Shown: positions 17,689 through 27,625 of the stretch, piece after piece | Layout: each line of letters starts with the position of its first letter | How positions within the stretch are numbered: position 1 is the stretch's first letter | Source: an uncultured bacterium | Lineage (GTDB): Bacteria > Cyanobacteriota > Vampirovibrionia > Gastranaerophilales > Gastranaerophilaceae | Length of the DNA: 64,000 nucleotides | Assembly (NCBI GenBank): GCA_949286705.1 | Contig: CASEDF010000006.1 | Span: forward strand, 181,809-245,808 | Reading direction: 5' to 3' | Program-made: the position numbers and the translations under genes | Notes under the pieces: generated by a model | What the model was told of the DNA's origin: nothing | Databases searched by the model: none | Seen by the model: the letters and a program-made list of their open reading frames with translations, nothing else

Positions 17689-17919
17689 TCATATCTTATT
17701 TTTCGGGACTGCCTTATAAAGGTCATCCAACGGAATATTCAAAGCAGTTGCTATGTCATATACTATAAAGGCTGAAGGGGTTTGATTTCCTTTTTCTATT
17801 TTTCTGATGGTATTTTCGCTGACATCAATCAACTCGGCAAGTTTATTTTGAGATAAATTTTTTCTTACCCTTTCTGCTCTTATATTACTTGCTAAAATGT
17901 TTAATCTGGTATCTCTCAT
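17689..17919 (-). CDS. XRE-family HTH transcriptional regulator (76 aa)
   Basis: MRDTRLNILASNIRAERVRKNLSQNKLAELIDVSENTIRKIEKGNQTPS is an HTH_3 motif. The upstream part of ORF 17689..18135 has no protein-like features. The ATG has no SD and lies 7 nt after an AATAAT box. Confidence 0.8.
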   Translation of the reverse strand: MRDTRLNILASNIRAERVRKNLSQNKLAELIDVSENTIRKIEKGNQTPSAFIVYDIATALNIPLDDLYKAVPKNKI

Positions 17920-17937
17920 TTGTTTTATTATTGCATA

Positions 17938-17966
17938 TTGACAAAATCTTATCAATACACTATAAT
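17938..17966 (+). promoter_or_regulatory. Perfect sigma-70 consensus promoter, divergent from the XRE gene
   Basis: TTGACA (17938-17943) - 17 nt - TATAAT (17961-17966), pointing at ORF 18023..18208. Confidence 0.6.
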
Positions 17967-18022
17967 ATCGCATATCGATATTATAATAACGCAAAAAGCT
18001 ACAATCAGATAGGAGATGATCT

Positions 18023-18208
18023 GTGTCAAAAGAAGATGTAAACAAAATATTGAATGAAGCATGCGATGTAATGCTTTTGTTTTCTATATTTAAAAAGGCA
18101 CTGGATGCAGATACGGGAGCATACAGTCCGCTCACGGAAATTATTGATAAAAAAATAACGAAATTGTTTAACGATATTGACGAATATGAAACAAAACTCT
18201 ACTTTTAA
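18023..18208 (+). CDS. Small acidic hypothetical protein (61 aa)
   Basis: GTG start 7 nt after AGGAGA. Downstream of the consensus promoter and divergent from the XRE gene. No recognisable motif. Confidence 0.4.
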   Translation: MSKEDVNKILNEACDVMLLFSIFKKALDADTGAYSPLTEIIDKKITKLFNDIDEYETKLYF

Positions 18209-18213
18209 TATAG

Positions 18214-18801
18214 TTATCTTGCATAAATCGCGTTTTTATCTACATTAAGCTCCGACGGCTTATAAGTTTTCAGATATTCAATTACGTCTTGAGGGGTATC
18301 GGCAAGATAATAAAGACTTCTGACGTTTTTGTTTGCGAATTTCTGTTCAATAACTTCTTCAAAAAAGTCGTTCAATTTATTATAAAATCCGTTTGTATTC
18401 AAAATAATAATAGGCTTTTTGTTGTACCCTAATTGTTTTTGGACAATCATCTCTGACAATTCTTCAAGGGTTCCGAAACCACCGGCAAGAGCTACAACAG
18501 CATCCGAAATACTGTCGATTTTGGCTTTTCGCTCTCTCATACCCTCAGTCACAATAAATTCGTCGCAGCCGTCTGTGAATACGCCCATACTTTGAAGTTT
18601 TTCAGGCATAACACCGGTAAGTTTTGCGCCATGAGCTTTTGCAGCGCCGGCACAAGCCCACATCAAGCCTAAATTGCTTCCGCCATAGACCATATCATAA
18701 CCGTTTTCCGCAATCAAACGCCCGAGTTCCGCAGCATCTTTATAATAGAGCGGCTGCAGGAAGTTTGAAGATGATGCAAATACACAAATCCTTTTAATCA
18801 T
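18214..18801 (-). CDS. LOG-family (TIGR00730) nucleotide phosphoribohydrolase
   Basis: ICVFASSS..., GGSNLGLMWA, ALAGGFGTLEELSE motifs. ATG 18801 overlaps the upstream stop (ATGATTAA). Confidence 0.85.
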   Translation of the reverse strand: MIKRICVFASSSNFLQPLYYKDAAELGRLIAENGYDMVYGGSNLGLMWACAGAAKAHGAKLTGVMPEKLQSMGVFTDGCDEFIVTEGMRERKAKIDSISDAVVALAGGFGTLEELSEMIVQKQLGYNKKPIIILNTNGFYNKLNDFFEEVIEQKFANKNVRSLYYLADTPQDVIEYLKTYKPSELNVDKNAIYAR

Positions 18802-19438
18802 TAAACTCACCGCCAATTCTATAGAAATAAGAACAATCAACACCCGTACCGTTTTCGGAACAGTCTTCCGCAAGAGCATCCATGCTCTTTTCATAACCGA
18901 ACGGACGAATTTTTCCTTCATCCAGAATATAAATACCAAAAATATCTTTGCCCCAGGTATTCGGAGGCAGAACACCGTTTATGTCAAACATCATCATAAA
19001 CCACGGCGCGTTATTTTCGTGTTTTACAATATCTTTAATCCCGACAACATGCATTCCGTTATCAGCGAAATAAAATTCATTAAAATAATAATAGTTATCT
19101 TTCGGGACTCTGTCGCCGTTCATAAATTTGGGCCGGTAACGTTTCGGAAACTTGTCGGATTGATGAATTCTGAGATACGGTTTTACAAGCTGGAGAAGTA
19201 ATTTTTCCCTCTGCTCGGGTGTTTTTGCAGCCGCAAAACTTTTTAAAATCTCATCGTCCGTCTGTGCATTAATTACGGTAAACATATATGCAACTTTATT
19301 ATATCTGTCATTCCATTTTGATATCATGCCGGCTTGAAAATAATTTTCAATTTTCAAAGGCACAAAAAGCATAATCAGCCCTAAAATTACAAATAAAGTA
19401 ATAGAATATTCAAGTTGCCAGAATTTTTTCTTTGTCAT
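18794..19438 (-). CDS. Membrane-anchored pilin-like paralog with atypical leader
   Basis: MTKKK-FWQLEYSITLFVILGLIMLFVP (F+1, E+5, no Gly/Ala at -1). C-terminal FDINGVLPPNTWGKDIFGIYI matches the DxNG..PN..GxDxF motif of pilins A and C. Confidence 0.5.
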   Translation of the reverse strand: MTKKKFWQLEYSITLFVILGLIMLFVPLKIENYFQAGMISKWNDRYNKVAYMFTVINAQTDDEILKSFAAAKTPEQREKLLLQLVKPYLRIHQSDKFPKRYRPKFMNGDRVPKDNYYYFNEFYFADNGMHVVGIKDIVKHENNAPWFMMMFDINGVLPPNTWGKDIFGIYILDEGKIRPFGYEKSMDALAEDCSENGTGVDCSYFYRIGGEFND

Positions 19439-19441
19439 AAT

Positions 19442-20296
19442 TTACGCCATATCAATTAATTTTTTTTCTTTCACAAGTTTGTCATAAACCCATTCAGGTA
19501 CGAAATTTTTGCCCAGAATAATCTGTCCGTTCATAATATTCGGGGTATGAAAATCAGACCCGCCTGTTACAATCAGACCTAATTCTTCAGCCATAGATGA
19601 AAAATACTCAACACAGGCAGGAGAATGTTTTCTGTGGTATGCCTCAATTCCCCTTAAGCCGTAATTCATAAGCTCCTTTATCAAGCTTTCCGCGATATCA
19701 ATATCATGCGGATGCGCAATAACAGGAATCCCGCCGGCATCATAGATTATTTCAACGGCATCATGCGGAGAAACAGTTTTTCTTTGGACATAAACCGGCG
19801 AATCATCGTGGATATATTTTGCATACGCGTCCATAACTGTTGTTGTGCCGCCGGCATTTGTAATAGCTTTTGCAATATGCGGACGCCCTATACTTCCGCC
19901 TTCCGCTACCATCTTTTTAACATCATCAAATTTTATTTTGATACCTTCTTTTTTAGCAAGAAGAGCAAGAATTTCTTTTGTCTGCTTAACCCTTGCCAGC
20001 TGCTGTGTTTTTAACATTGCCTGAAAATCACTGTTTTCCGGATTCATAAAATATCCGAGAATGTGTACTTCGTAATTTTTATAAAGTGTATTTACTTCAA
20101 TCCCGCGTATAATTTCAATTTTATCTTCCAGCCCTTTGTCTTTTATATGTTTTTTGGCGACATCATAAGCCAGAACATTATCGTGATCGGTTATAGCTAT
20201 TGCCTGAAGCCCGACATCGACCGCGGTGTCGACAATTTTCTCAGGCGAGAATACACCGTCCGAATAATAGGTATGGATGTGTAAATCTGTCTTCAT
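19442..20296 (-). CDS. PHP-domain phosphoesterase (TrpH/YciV-like)
   Basis: 284 aa with DLHIHTYYSDG, AITDHD and GGSDFH motifs. Confidence 0.85.
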   Translation of the reverse strand: MKTDLHIHTYYSDGVFSPEKIVDTAVDVGLQAIAITDHDNVLAYDVAKKHIKDKGLEDKIEIIRGIEVNTLYKNYEVHILGYFMNPENSDFQAMLKTQQLARVKQTKEILALLAKKEGIKIKFDDVKKMVAEGGSIGRPHIAKAITNAGGTTTVMDAYAKYIHDDSPVYVQRKTVSPHDAVEIIYDAGGIPVIAHPHDIDIAESLIKELMNYGLRGIEAYHRKHSPACVEYFSSMAEELGLIVTGGSDFHTPNIMNGQIILGKNFVPEWVYDKLVKEKKLIDMA

Positions 20297-21105
20297 TCCT
20301 TTATTTCCTCATTTCTACTGCACAAAATTCTATTTATAGCAACAGTATGCCCCGTTGAAGGTTCAATTTCCACTTCAACCGCGTTAACCTGAACGCTCTT
20401 ACCGTCTGCTACCTCATATCGTTCGGGAATACCAGTTACAAAACGTGTCAAAGATGTTTTGTATTCCATACCTATAACCCCGTCCGATGCCCCGCAAAAT
20501 CCGGCATCGGTTATATATCCCATATTATTTATAATGGTTTCATCTGATGTCTGTACATGCGTATGTGTTCCGAAAAACGCACTGACTCCCAATTCCGAAC
20601 AATATTTACCAAAACAAATTTTTTCCGCCGTTGCTTCCGCATGAAAATCTACAACCACAATCGGCGTAATTTCTTTTAACCTTTTAATCTCTTCCGTTAC
20701 CAGATCCCATTGAAAATCTACAACGTTAATAAAAACCTTGCCCAGTATATTTATCACGGCAATTTTATAATCTCCCAAATCAAATACTCTGCTGCCGACA
20801 CCTTTTGTTCCTGACGGATAATTAAACGGACGAATTAATTTGTCGGCATTTTCAATAAAACCGAAAATATCCCGCTTATCCCAGATATGATTTCCGCTTG
20901 TCATACAATTGACGCCGTAGCTTATTAATTCATTATAATTTTTTTCGGTTAACCCGAACCCGTGGGAGGCATTTTCAACATTTGCAATTACAAAATCATA
21001 TTTTTCTCTGTTTTCTGATAAAAAATCACGCACGGCATACCTTCCGGGCTTGCCGACCATATCACCAAAAAATAAAATTTTTATTGTTTTTCCATCACCT
21101 GACAT
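20293..21105 (-). CDS. ymdB: YmdB-type metallophosphoesterase (TIGR00282 family)
   Basis: 270 aa with ILFFGDMVGKPGR, NVENASHGFG, GNHIWD. Conserved synteny directly downstream of rny. Confidence 0.8.
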   Translation of the reverse strand: MSGDGKTIKILFFGDMVGKPGRYAVRDFLSENREKYDFVIANVENASHGFGLTEKNYNELISYGVNCMTSGNHIWDKRDIFGFIENADKLIRPFNYPSGTKGVGSRVFDLGDYKIAVINILGKVFINVVDFQWDLVTEEIKRLKEITPIVVVDFHAEATAEKICFGKYCSELGVSAFFGTHTHVQTSDETIINNMGYITDAGFCGASDGVIGMEYKTSLTRFVTGIPERYEVADGKSVQVNAVEVEIEPSTGHTVAINRILCSRNEEIKE

Positions 21106-21141
21106 TTATATTCCTTGGAAAAGAGCAGGATTAACCTGCTC

Positions 21142-22662
21142 TTATTTTGCTATTTCCGTTGTTCTGAATTCTCTGACTACCGTTACTCTGATTTGACCCG
21201 GATAATCAATTTCATCCTCAATACGTTTTGCTACATCTCTTGCAAGCTTTTGAGATGCCAGATCATCAAACATTTCAGCCTGAACAATAATTCTGACCTC
21301 ACGTCCTGCTTGAACGGCAAATGATTGTTTAATTCCGTCGTAACTGTTTACGATTTCTTCAATTTTTTGCAGACGTTTAATATAAATTTCCAGAGTATCG
21401 CGTCTTGCGCCCGGTCTGCCTGCTGAAATTGCATCGGCAATTTTTACAAGAACAGCCTCAATTGTATTTGCCACAACATCATCATGGTGAGCTTCAATTG
21501 CGTGAATAATTTCGGGCTTTTCACCGTATCTTGCCGCAAGTTCAACCCCGAGCTGAATATGTGTGCCTTCCTGTGTTTGGTCAACGGCTTTTCCTATGTC
21601 ATGCAAAAGTCCTGCACGCTTTGCCACAGCCTCATTTGCTCCGAGTTCCGCAGCGAGCATGCCTGCAATATGTCCGACTTCAAGCGAATGTTTCAAAACA
21701 TTCTGACCGTAGCTTGTTCTGTAATATAAACGTCCGAGAGTTTTGATAAGCTCTTTATTTAAGCCCATAACTCCCATTTCAAACGCTGCATTTTCACCCT
21801 CAGTCCAAATTTTCTTTTCAATTTCTTCTCTGGCTTTTTCAACCATTTCTTCAATTCTGACAGGGTGAATACGCCCGTCAACAATAAGTTTTTCAAGCGC
21901 GAGTTTTGCAATTTCACGTCTTACCGGATCAAAACTTGATAATACAACAGCTTCCGGCGTGTCATCAATAATCAAATCAACGCCTGTCAAAGTTTCCAAG
22001 GCTCTAATATTACGTCCCTCACGACCGATTATACGACCTTTCATTTCATCACTGGGCAATGCCACAACTGAAACCGTTGTTTCCACAACCTGTTCAATCA
22101 TACAGCGCTGCATTACCGTTGATAAAATTTCTTTAGATTTTTCCAGTGAAATTTCTTTTATTTTTGCCTCATTTTCACGGATTAACTGCATTTGTTCCTG
22201 CGCCAGATCGTGTTTTAATTGTTCCAGAAGCATATTTTTAGCTTCATCAGCTGACATGCCGGAAATTCTTTCAAGCTCCGTTGTCTGCTTTTGCACGATT
22301 TCTGCGAGATAATCTTCTTTATCAAGCAATTCATCAAGTTTTCTCTGAACTTGAATATCTTTTTCAGTATATTCCTGAATTTTATCTTCAAGCATATCTT
22401 CACGCTTGGCTAATTTTTGTTCCAGACGGTTAAGCTCTTGCCTGCGTTCTCTTTCTTCTTCGTTAAGTTTTTCTCTGTCGTTTTGAAGTTCTTCAATTGC
22501 TTTAATTTTAGCTTCTTTAAGCAAAAGTTTTTCTTTTTCTTCTAAGTCCAAACGGTCTTGTTGAGTACTCTGGAGTACACTTTTGACCTTGTTTTGCTGA
22601 ATTATCAGCACAGCGATTAAGATTATTACCAAAATAATCGCGGCAACCAGTAAAAAGTCCAT
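21142..22662 (-). CDS. rny: Ribonuclease Y
   Basis: 506 aa. N-terminal TM, coiled coil, KH ([15 protein letters not shown]), HD (LLHDIGK). Confidence 0.95.
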   Translation of the reverse strand: MDFLLVAAIILVIILIAVLIIQQNKVKSVLQSTQQDRLDLEEKEKLLLKEAKIKAIEELQNDREKLNEEERERRQELNRLEQKLAKREDMLEDKIQEYTEKDIQVQRKLDELLDKEDYLAEIVQKQTTELERISGMSADEAKNMLLEQLKHDLAQEQMQLIRENEAKIKEISLEKSKEILSTVMQRCMIEQVVETTVSVVALPSDEMKGRIIGREGRNIRALETLTGVDLIIDDTPEAVVLSSFDPVRREIAKLALEKLIVDGRIHPVRIEEMVEKAREEIEKKIWTEGENAAFEMGVMGLNKELIKTLGRLYYRTSYGQNVLKHSLEVGHIAGMLAAELGANEAVAKRAGLLHDIGKAVDQTQEGTHIQLGVELAARYGEKPEIIHAIEAHHDDVVANTIEAVLVKIADAISAGRPGARRDTLEIYIKRLQKIEEIVNSYDGIKQSFAVQAGREVRIIVQAEMFDDLASQKLARDVAKRIEDEIDYPGQIRVTVVREFRTTEIAK

Positions 22663-22897
22663 AATACCTTATCCTATTCTATTTTTCATATAATACACGC
22701 ATTGCCCGATACATATATCCTATCGAGCTTCTGATTATTTAATTTAATCGAATTTTAATGCATATATTTCCAAAAAATATTAAACTACTACATCTGTAAA
22801 TATTTTAGCATGACATATCAGTTTTGTATATAGGTAATTTATAATTTGATACATTTATATTAATAGTGCTATAATAATTTCGGAAAAGGAGAGAGAA

Positions 22898-24298
22898 ATG
22901 GAAATAAAAGTTTCAAATGATGTCAAAAACCTTTCTGTTGATGTGATTGTAATCAACATGTTTGAAGGTGAAAAAACATCTCAAGATCTGGCAAATACTT
23001 ATGCCATTGACAGGGACAAATTTGAAGGCAAATTGGGACAAACTTATTTGCTTCAAACTTACGGACAAATTCCGGCACAAAAAATTCTTGTAACAGGATG
23101 CGGCAAACGTGATGAATTCGGAGAAAACGAAGTCCGTACTGCCGTTTATAAATCAGTCAAAAAATTACAACAAATGCATGCCAAAACTGCGGCATTTGAT
23201 TTTGAAACAGGATTTGACTACGGAAAATCAGCCGCAATCGGTGCTATGCTTGCGGATTATGCTTTTGACAAATATAAAAGCGAAAAAGCAACCCGAGTTG
23301 ATGAAATCATTTTCGGAAATGTTCTTGAAGACAGCGTAAATGCAGGAAAATCTTTCGGCAATGCAATGAAATTGACCCGTGATTTAGCAAACGAGCCTGC
23401 AGCATTCGCAACCCCTTCAAAATTAGCCGAAATTGCACAAAATCTTGAAGGTATAACAACGGAAATCTATGACAAAGACGAAATTGAACGTATGGGAATG
23501 GGCGCATTTCTTGCAGTTTCAAAGGGAAGCATTCAGCCGCCGAAATTCATTCACATGAAATACACCGGCAAAAATGTTAAAAAGAAAATCGCGATTATCG
23601 GCAAAGGGCTTTGCTTTGATTCAGGCGGAATGGACTTGAAACCGCCCTCATCAATGCTTACAATGCGCGATGATATGTCAGGCGCTGCATGTGTACTGGG
23701 TGTGATGAGTGTTTTGAAAGACTTTAACCCTGATGTTGAAGTTCACGGCATCATTGCGGCATGCGAAAATATGGCAAGCGGAAGCGCATATAAACCCGGC
23801 GATATTCTAACCGCGAAAAACGGTAAAACAATTGAAGTTGATAATACAGATGCGGAAGGCAGATTAACCCTTGCAGACGCACTTGTATATGCGTGCGAAC
23901 TCGGGGTTCATGAAGTTATTGATATTGCGACACTCACAGGTGCCTGCATGGTTGCTCTCGGAACATCAGTTGCCGGAATTATGGGCAACGATGACGAAAT
24001 GATGCACAAAATCATTGAAACAGGCAAAAATCTCGGCGAAAAATTCTGGCAATTACCGATGTATAAAGAATATTTCAACAGCCTGAAATCCGATATTGCC
24101 GATATGAAAAACACAGGTTCCCGTTACGGCGGAGCATCCGCAGCAGGCGTATTCTTGCAAGAATTTGTAAAAGACGTTAAATGGGCACACATTGATATTG
24201 CAGGAACCGCATTTTTAGAAAAACCTGAAAGCGAATTCATTAAAGGTGCAACCGGAGCCGGTGTCAGAACCATTTTAAGTTATATATTGAATTCATAG
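22898..24298 (+). CDS. pepA: Leucyl aminopeptidase (M17)
   Basis: 466 aa with the NTDAEGRLTLADAL signature and GKGLCFDSGG. Confidence 0.9.
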   Translation: MEIKVSNDVKNLSVDVIVINMFEGEKTSQDLANTYAIDRDKFEGKLGQTYLLQTYGQIPAQKILVTGCGKRDEFGENEVRTAVYKSVKKLQQMHAKTAAFDFETGFDYGKSAAIGAMLADYAFDKYKSEKATRVDEIIFGNVLEDSVNAGKSFGNAMKLTRDLANEPAAFATPSKLAEIAQNLEGITTEIYDKDEIERMGMGAFLAVSKGSIQPPKFIHMKYTGKNVKKKIAIIGKGLCFDSGGMDLKPPSSMLTMRDDMSGAACVLGVMSVLKDFNPDVEVHGIIAACENMASGSAYKPGDILTAKNGKTIEVDNTDAEGRLTLADALVYACELGVHEVIDIATLTGACMVALGTSVAGIMGNDDEMMHKIIETGKNLGEKFWQLPMYKEYFNSLKSDIADMKNTGSRYGGASAAGVFLQEFVKDVKWAHIDIAGTAFLEKPESEFIKGATGAGVRTILSYILNS

Positions 24299-24353
24299 CG
24301 AATCAGGCGGTCTTTTTAGACCGCCTGTTCACATAAAGTTACTAAAATGCTTC

Positions 24354-24387
24354 AGCCGGAGGTAGGATTAGGAAATCCTACCTCCGG
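24354..24387. terminator. Perfect 15-bp GC-rich hairpin between convergent pepA and the amidase gene
   Basis: gccggaggtaggatt-agga-aatcctacctccggc. Confidence 0.55.
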
Positions 24388-24401
24388 CAGTATTTACAAA
24401 A

Positions 24402-25772
24402 TCAATTTTTCAAAAAATCTTCAATTCCATCGGCAATAGCTTTGGAACAACGCTTTTGGAAATGTGTATCTATTAACATCGCATTATCCTCAGGATTTAT
24501 AAGATAAGCAACTTCAATTAAAATGCTCAAAGCAGTTGTATTTCTAACAAGCGCAAGACTACCCTGTCTGACATTATCATTTTGGGTGCCTAATTGCTTT
24601 GTCATTTCTGCAAGAACATTCGCGGCTAAAGGCTTTGCCTGATTATAATAGTAATAAATACTTGTACCTCTGTGCTTATGCGGGTCTGCGCTGTCAGGCA
24701 AAGAATTACCATGAATACTTATCAAAAACATTGCGTCATTTTCATTTGCAATATCAACGCGTTCTTTTAATCCGACATTACTGTCATTGGTTCTCGTCAT
24801 AATAACTTTTGCACCGCGTTTTTCCAGTTCATGCCGTAAAAATTTTGAAATCGCAAGCGTAATATCTTTTTCTTTATCGCCGCAACAGCCTATTGCACCG
24901 GCTTCAGAACCTCCATGACCCGCATCAACCGCTATTGTAATATTTTTAAGCGGATGTTTGGTGTCTATAACAGGGAATTTCCTTATTTTAAATACAAAAT
25001 TATTCCCGTCATAGCTGCCGCTGTATCCTGCCAGTCTTGACGTTCCCGTAATTTCTTTGTACGGGAATTCAAAAATGTAAGTATTATCAGGGCAATCTTT
25101 TACATTATAAAATTTAAGAGTAATAGCTTCGCCTTCAACCATTTCATAGGGTGTTTTTTTATCAAGATGAAAAATAAACTTGAAATATTCATCATCATCC
25201 GCCCTGTCATAGCCGTTTACAACAGCGGGCGAATTCAGATATCCGTCAAATATTTTAACATTATTTTTTGAAATCCATGCTTTTTTATCTTCACCTAACA
25301 CGACTCTGTAAAAATTGCTCAATTCGGCATCAATACTTAACGGAATATCTTTTTCAAAATGCGACATTCTGTTTATCCCTGCATCTACCGGCGTTGTTCT
25401 TAGAGGTGAATTATCAACGGATGTCAAAAATTCTTTTCGCTTCTCATATTCAACAAGTTTTGGAGGGGTATAAATACCTGCGGCAGTTTTTTTAGGACGG
25501 TTAATTATATAAGTTTTTAATTTATTACCGCATTGCAATACAAATTTGTTTTCACCTTCTTCAAGCAAAACTACGTGTGCAAAGCCGCCTGACGAATGAA
25601 TTTTTACTTTTACTCCATTGATAAGCAACATGTCTTTGGGATTGGAAGAACCTATAAAAAATGTTGACGGTGAATTTATCGTAACTATGTTTTTGCGCGG
25701 GTATACTACATCAAAAGCGTATACAATCTGCCCGAAAAGTATTACAAAAATAAGCGTAAAAAATTTTTTCAT
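24402..25772 (-). CDS. N-acetylmuramoyl-L-alanine amidase (Amidase_3) with N-terminal extension
   Basis: 456 aa with signal peptide. C-terminal AVDAGHGGSEAGAIG ... ISIHGNS ... IEVAYLINPED. Confidence 0.8.
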   Translation of the reverse strand: MKKFFTLIFVILFGQIVYAFDVVYPRKNIVTINSPSTFFIGSSNPKDMLLINGVKVKIHSSGGFAHVVLLEEGENKFVLQCGNKLKTYIINRPKKTAAGIYTPPKLVEYEKRKEFLTSVDNSPLRTTPVDAGINRMSHFEKDIPLSIDAELSNFYRVVLGEDKKAWISKNNVKIFDGYLNSPAVVNGYDRADDDEYFKFIFHLDKKTPYEMVEGEAITLKFYNVKDCPDNTYIFEFPYKEITGTSRLAGYSGSYDGNNFVFKIRKFPVIDTKHPLKNITIAVDAGHGGSEAGAIGCCGDKEKDITLAISKFLRHELEKRGAKVIMTRTNDSNVGLKERVDIANENDAMFLISIHGNSLPDSADPHKHRGTSIYYYYNQAKPLAANVLAEMTKQLGTQNDNVRQGSLALVRNTTALSILIEVAYLINPEDNAMLIDTHFQKRCSKAIADGIEDFLKN

Positions 25773-25876
25773 AACATTATCTTACTCCATTATTTCCAAA
25801 TAATAAATTTTTGTAATTTTAGTTAATATTTAATTATTTTAAAGTTCCTTATGCTAAAATAATGAGAGGTGGGGAT

Positions 25877-27625
25877 ATGCGAAACAGAAACAGGGAAAAT
25901 GAAAAAGAAAAAAGAATGAAAAGCTTTGACAGAATTCTGGGGCTTTTGCAGGTTTTCTTTATATGTTTTGCAGCTTTTCTTGCGATTTATTTATTTATTG
26001 TTCAGATTATTGACGTGGGCAAATATCGCGCCAAAGCCAGAAATCAGCGAATAAACAGAAGTTTTGTGATGCGCGGTGATATTTATGACAGAAACGGCAT
26101 AAAACTTGCAACCGATAAAGTTTATTCGGATGTTTATGCACACCCTGCAAATTACGATTCATCAGAAGAAGATCTGGCTAAAAAACTTGCACCAATATTA
26201 AAAATGCCGTACGGTGAATTATTGAATATGCTTAAAAAACCTGGGCCTGTTATTACCATTAAAAAGGATATTGATAAAAATACCGCAAAAGAACTTGCCA
26301 AATTGCATTTGAGAGAAATCAGCATGGGTAAGAAAAATACCCGTACATACCCTCAAGGAAACCTTGCGGCGCATGTTTTGGGGTATTATAATTTTGACGC
26401 GGATATTGCAAACGGAGTTGAATATACGGCAAAAGACAAACTTGAACACGTTGAACATGCCGTGAGATATCAAAGAACCCGCGACGGCAAAATTATTTAT
26501 GATTTTACGACAGACCCCGTTGCAACAACCACAAACCCTAAAGGACAGGATATAACTTTAACTATAGATGCCGCAATCCAGCACGTATGCGAAAAAGAAT
26601 TGCAGAAAATGATTGAAGAAAAAGAGGCTCTTAGAGGCACCGTAATTGTTATGAATCCTAAAAACGGTGAAATCCTTGCATATGCGGTTTATCCGACTTA
26701 CGACCCGAATAATTACAAAAAAGCCAGTGAAATTCAGATTAAAAACTGGACTTTAACCGATGTATTCCCGCCCGGATCAACATTTAAAATCATTACAGTT
26801 TCAAGTGCAATGGAACTCGGCAAAATAAACGAACACACCGAAATTCTTGACACCGGTAAAACATCAATCGGCAAATGGGAAATCAAAAACTATGACTATA
26901 ACGTCCATCCGTATCCCGGGATGATATCTCTTGAATATTTGTTTGAACACTCAAGTAACATCGGCTCCATAAATGTAGCCAAAACAATGACTTCTAAAGA
27001 ATTTTATGACATGCTTAAAAAATTCGGCTTTGGACAAAGATCCGGAATAGATTTACCCGGAGAATCCGCAGGACTGCTTCCTGCATGGCATAAATGGGAT
27101 AAAGGTATTCATGCGACAATGGCTTACGGTTACGGGACTTCGGTTTCCGCAATGCAAATGGTGAGTGCCGTATCAGCACTGGCAAATAACGGTGTCAGAG
27201 TAACCCCTCATATCATAAAATACCCTCAAGAAGAATATGATCAAAAAATTCACTACACTCAAGTAGTTTCGCCGGAAACAGCAAAAACAGTTACAAAACT
27301 TCTGGCCGAAAGTGTTAATAACGGAAAATCCGTCATAAAAATGGATAAATATAATGTCGCGGCAAAAACCGGTACTTCAAATAAACCAAAAGAAGGCGGC
27401 TCTGGTTATACAGGTATGTCCTACACCTCAACAATAGGCTATCTTCCGGCAACTGACCCGCAGGTTTTGATTTATGTAATGATTGACAGTGCAAGAGTCG
27501 GTGCAATTTGGGGCAACACGGTTGCAGGACCCGTTTTCCATGAAGTTGCCGAACAAACCGCAAGAATTATGAACCTGAAACCTGATAAACAGCCTAAGAA
27601 AAAGGAGACTACTAATGAAACTTGA
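25877..27625 (+). CDS. Class B penicillin-binding protein (FtsI/PBP2-type transpeptidase)
   Basis: TM anchor, then STFK (PPGSTFKI), SSN (HSSNIG) and KTGT (AAKTGTS). SD GAGGTG favours ATG 25877 inside ORF 25862..27625. Directly upstream of murE. Confidence 0.85.
   Translation: MRNRNRENEKEKRMKSFDRILGLLQVFFICFAAFLAIYLFIVQIIDVGKYRAKARNQRINRSFVMRGDIYDRNGIKLATDKVYSDVYAHPANYDSSEEDLAKKLAPILKMPYGELLNMLKKPGPVITIKKDIDKNTAKELAKLHLREISMGKKNTRTYPQGNLAAHVLGYYNFDADIANGVEYTAKDKLEHVEHAVRYQRTRDGKIIYDFTTDPVATTTNPKGQDITLTIDAAIQHVCEKELQKMIEEKEALRGTVIVMNPKNGEILAYAVYPTYDPNNYKKASEIQIKNWTLTDVFPPGSTFKIITVSSAMELGKINEHTEILDTGKTSIGKWEIKNYDYNVHPYPGMISLEYLFEHSSNIGSINVAKTMTSKEFYDMLKKFGFGQRSGIDLPGESAGLLPAWHKWDKGIHATMAYGYGTSVSAMQMVSAVSALANNGVRVTPHIIKYPQEEYDQKIHYTQVVSPETAKTVTKLLAESVNNGKSVIKMDKYNVAAKTGTSNKPKEGGSGYTGMSYTSTIGYLPATDPQVLIYVMIDSARVGAIWGNTVAGPVFHEVAEQTARIMNLKPDKQPKKKETTNET

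Noticed and set aside
17651-17690. Mini-ORF downstream of the SD-like GGAGG in the hairpin element apex
   Set aside because: Only copy B has a possible TTG, which gives 7 codons. Copies A and C have no start codon at the equivalent place.
24354-24387. 15-bp perfect hairpin sharing CCTCCGGC with the hairpin element apex
   Set aside because: The similarity is limited to 8 nt. The structure is a simple stem-loop between convergent genes and is best explained as an ordinary terminator.
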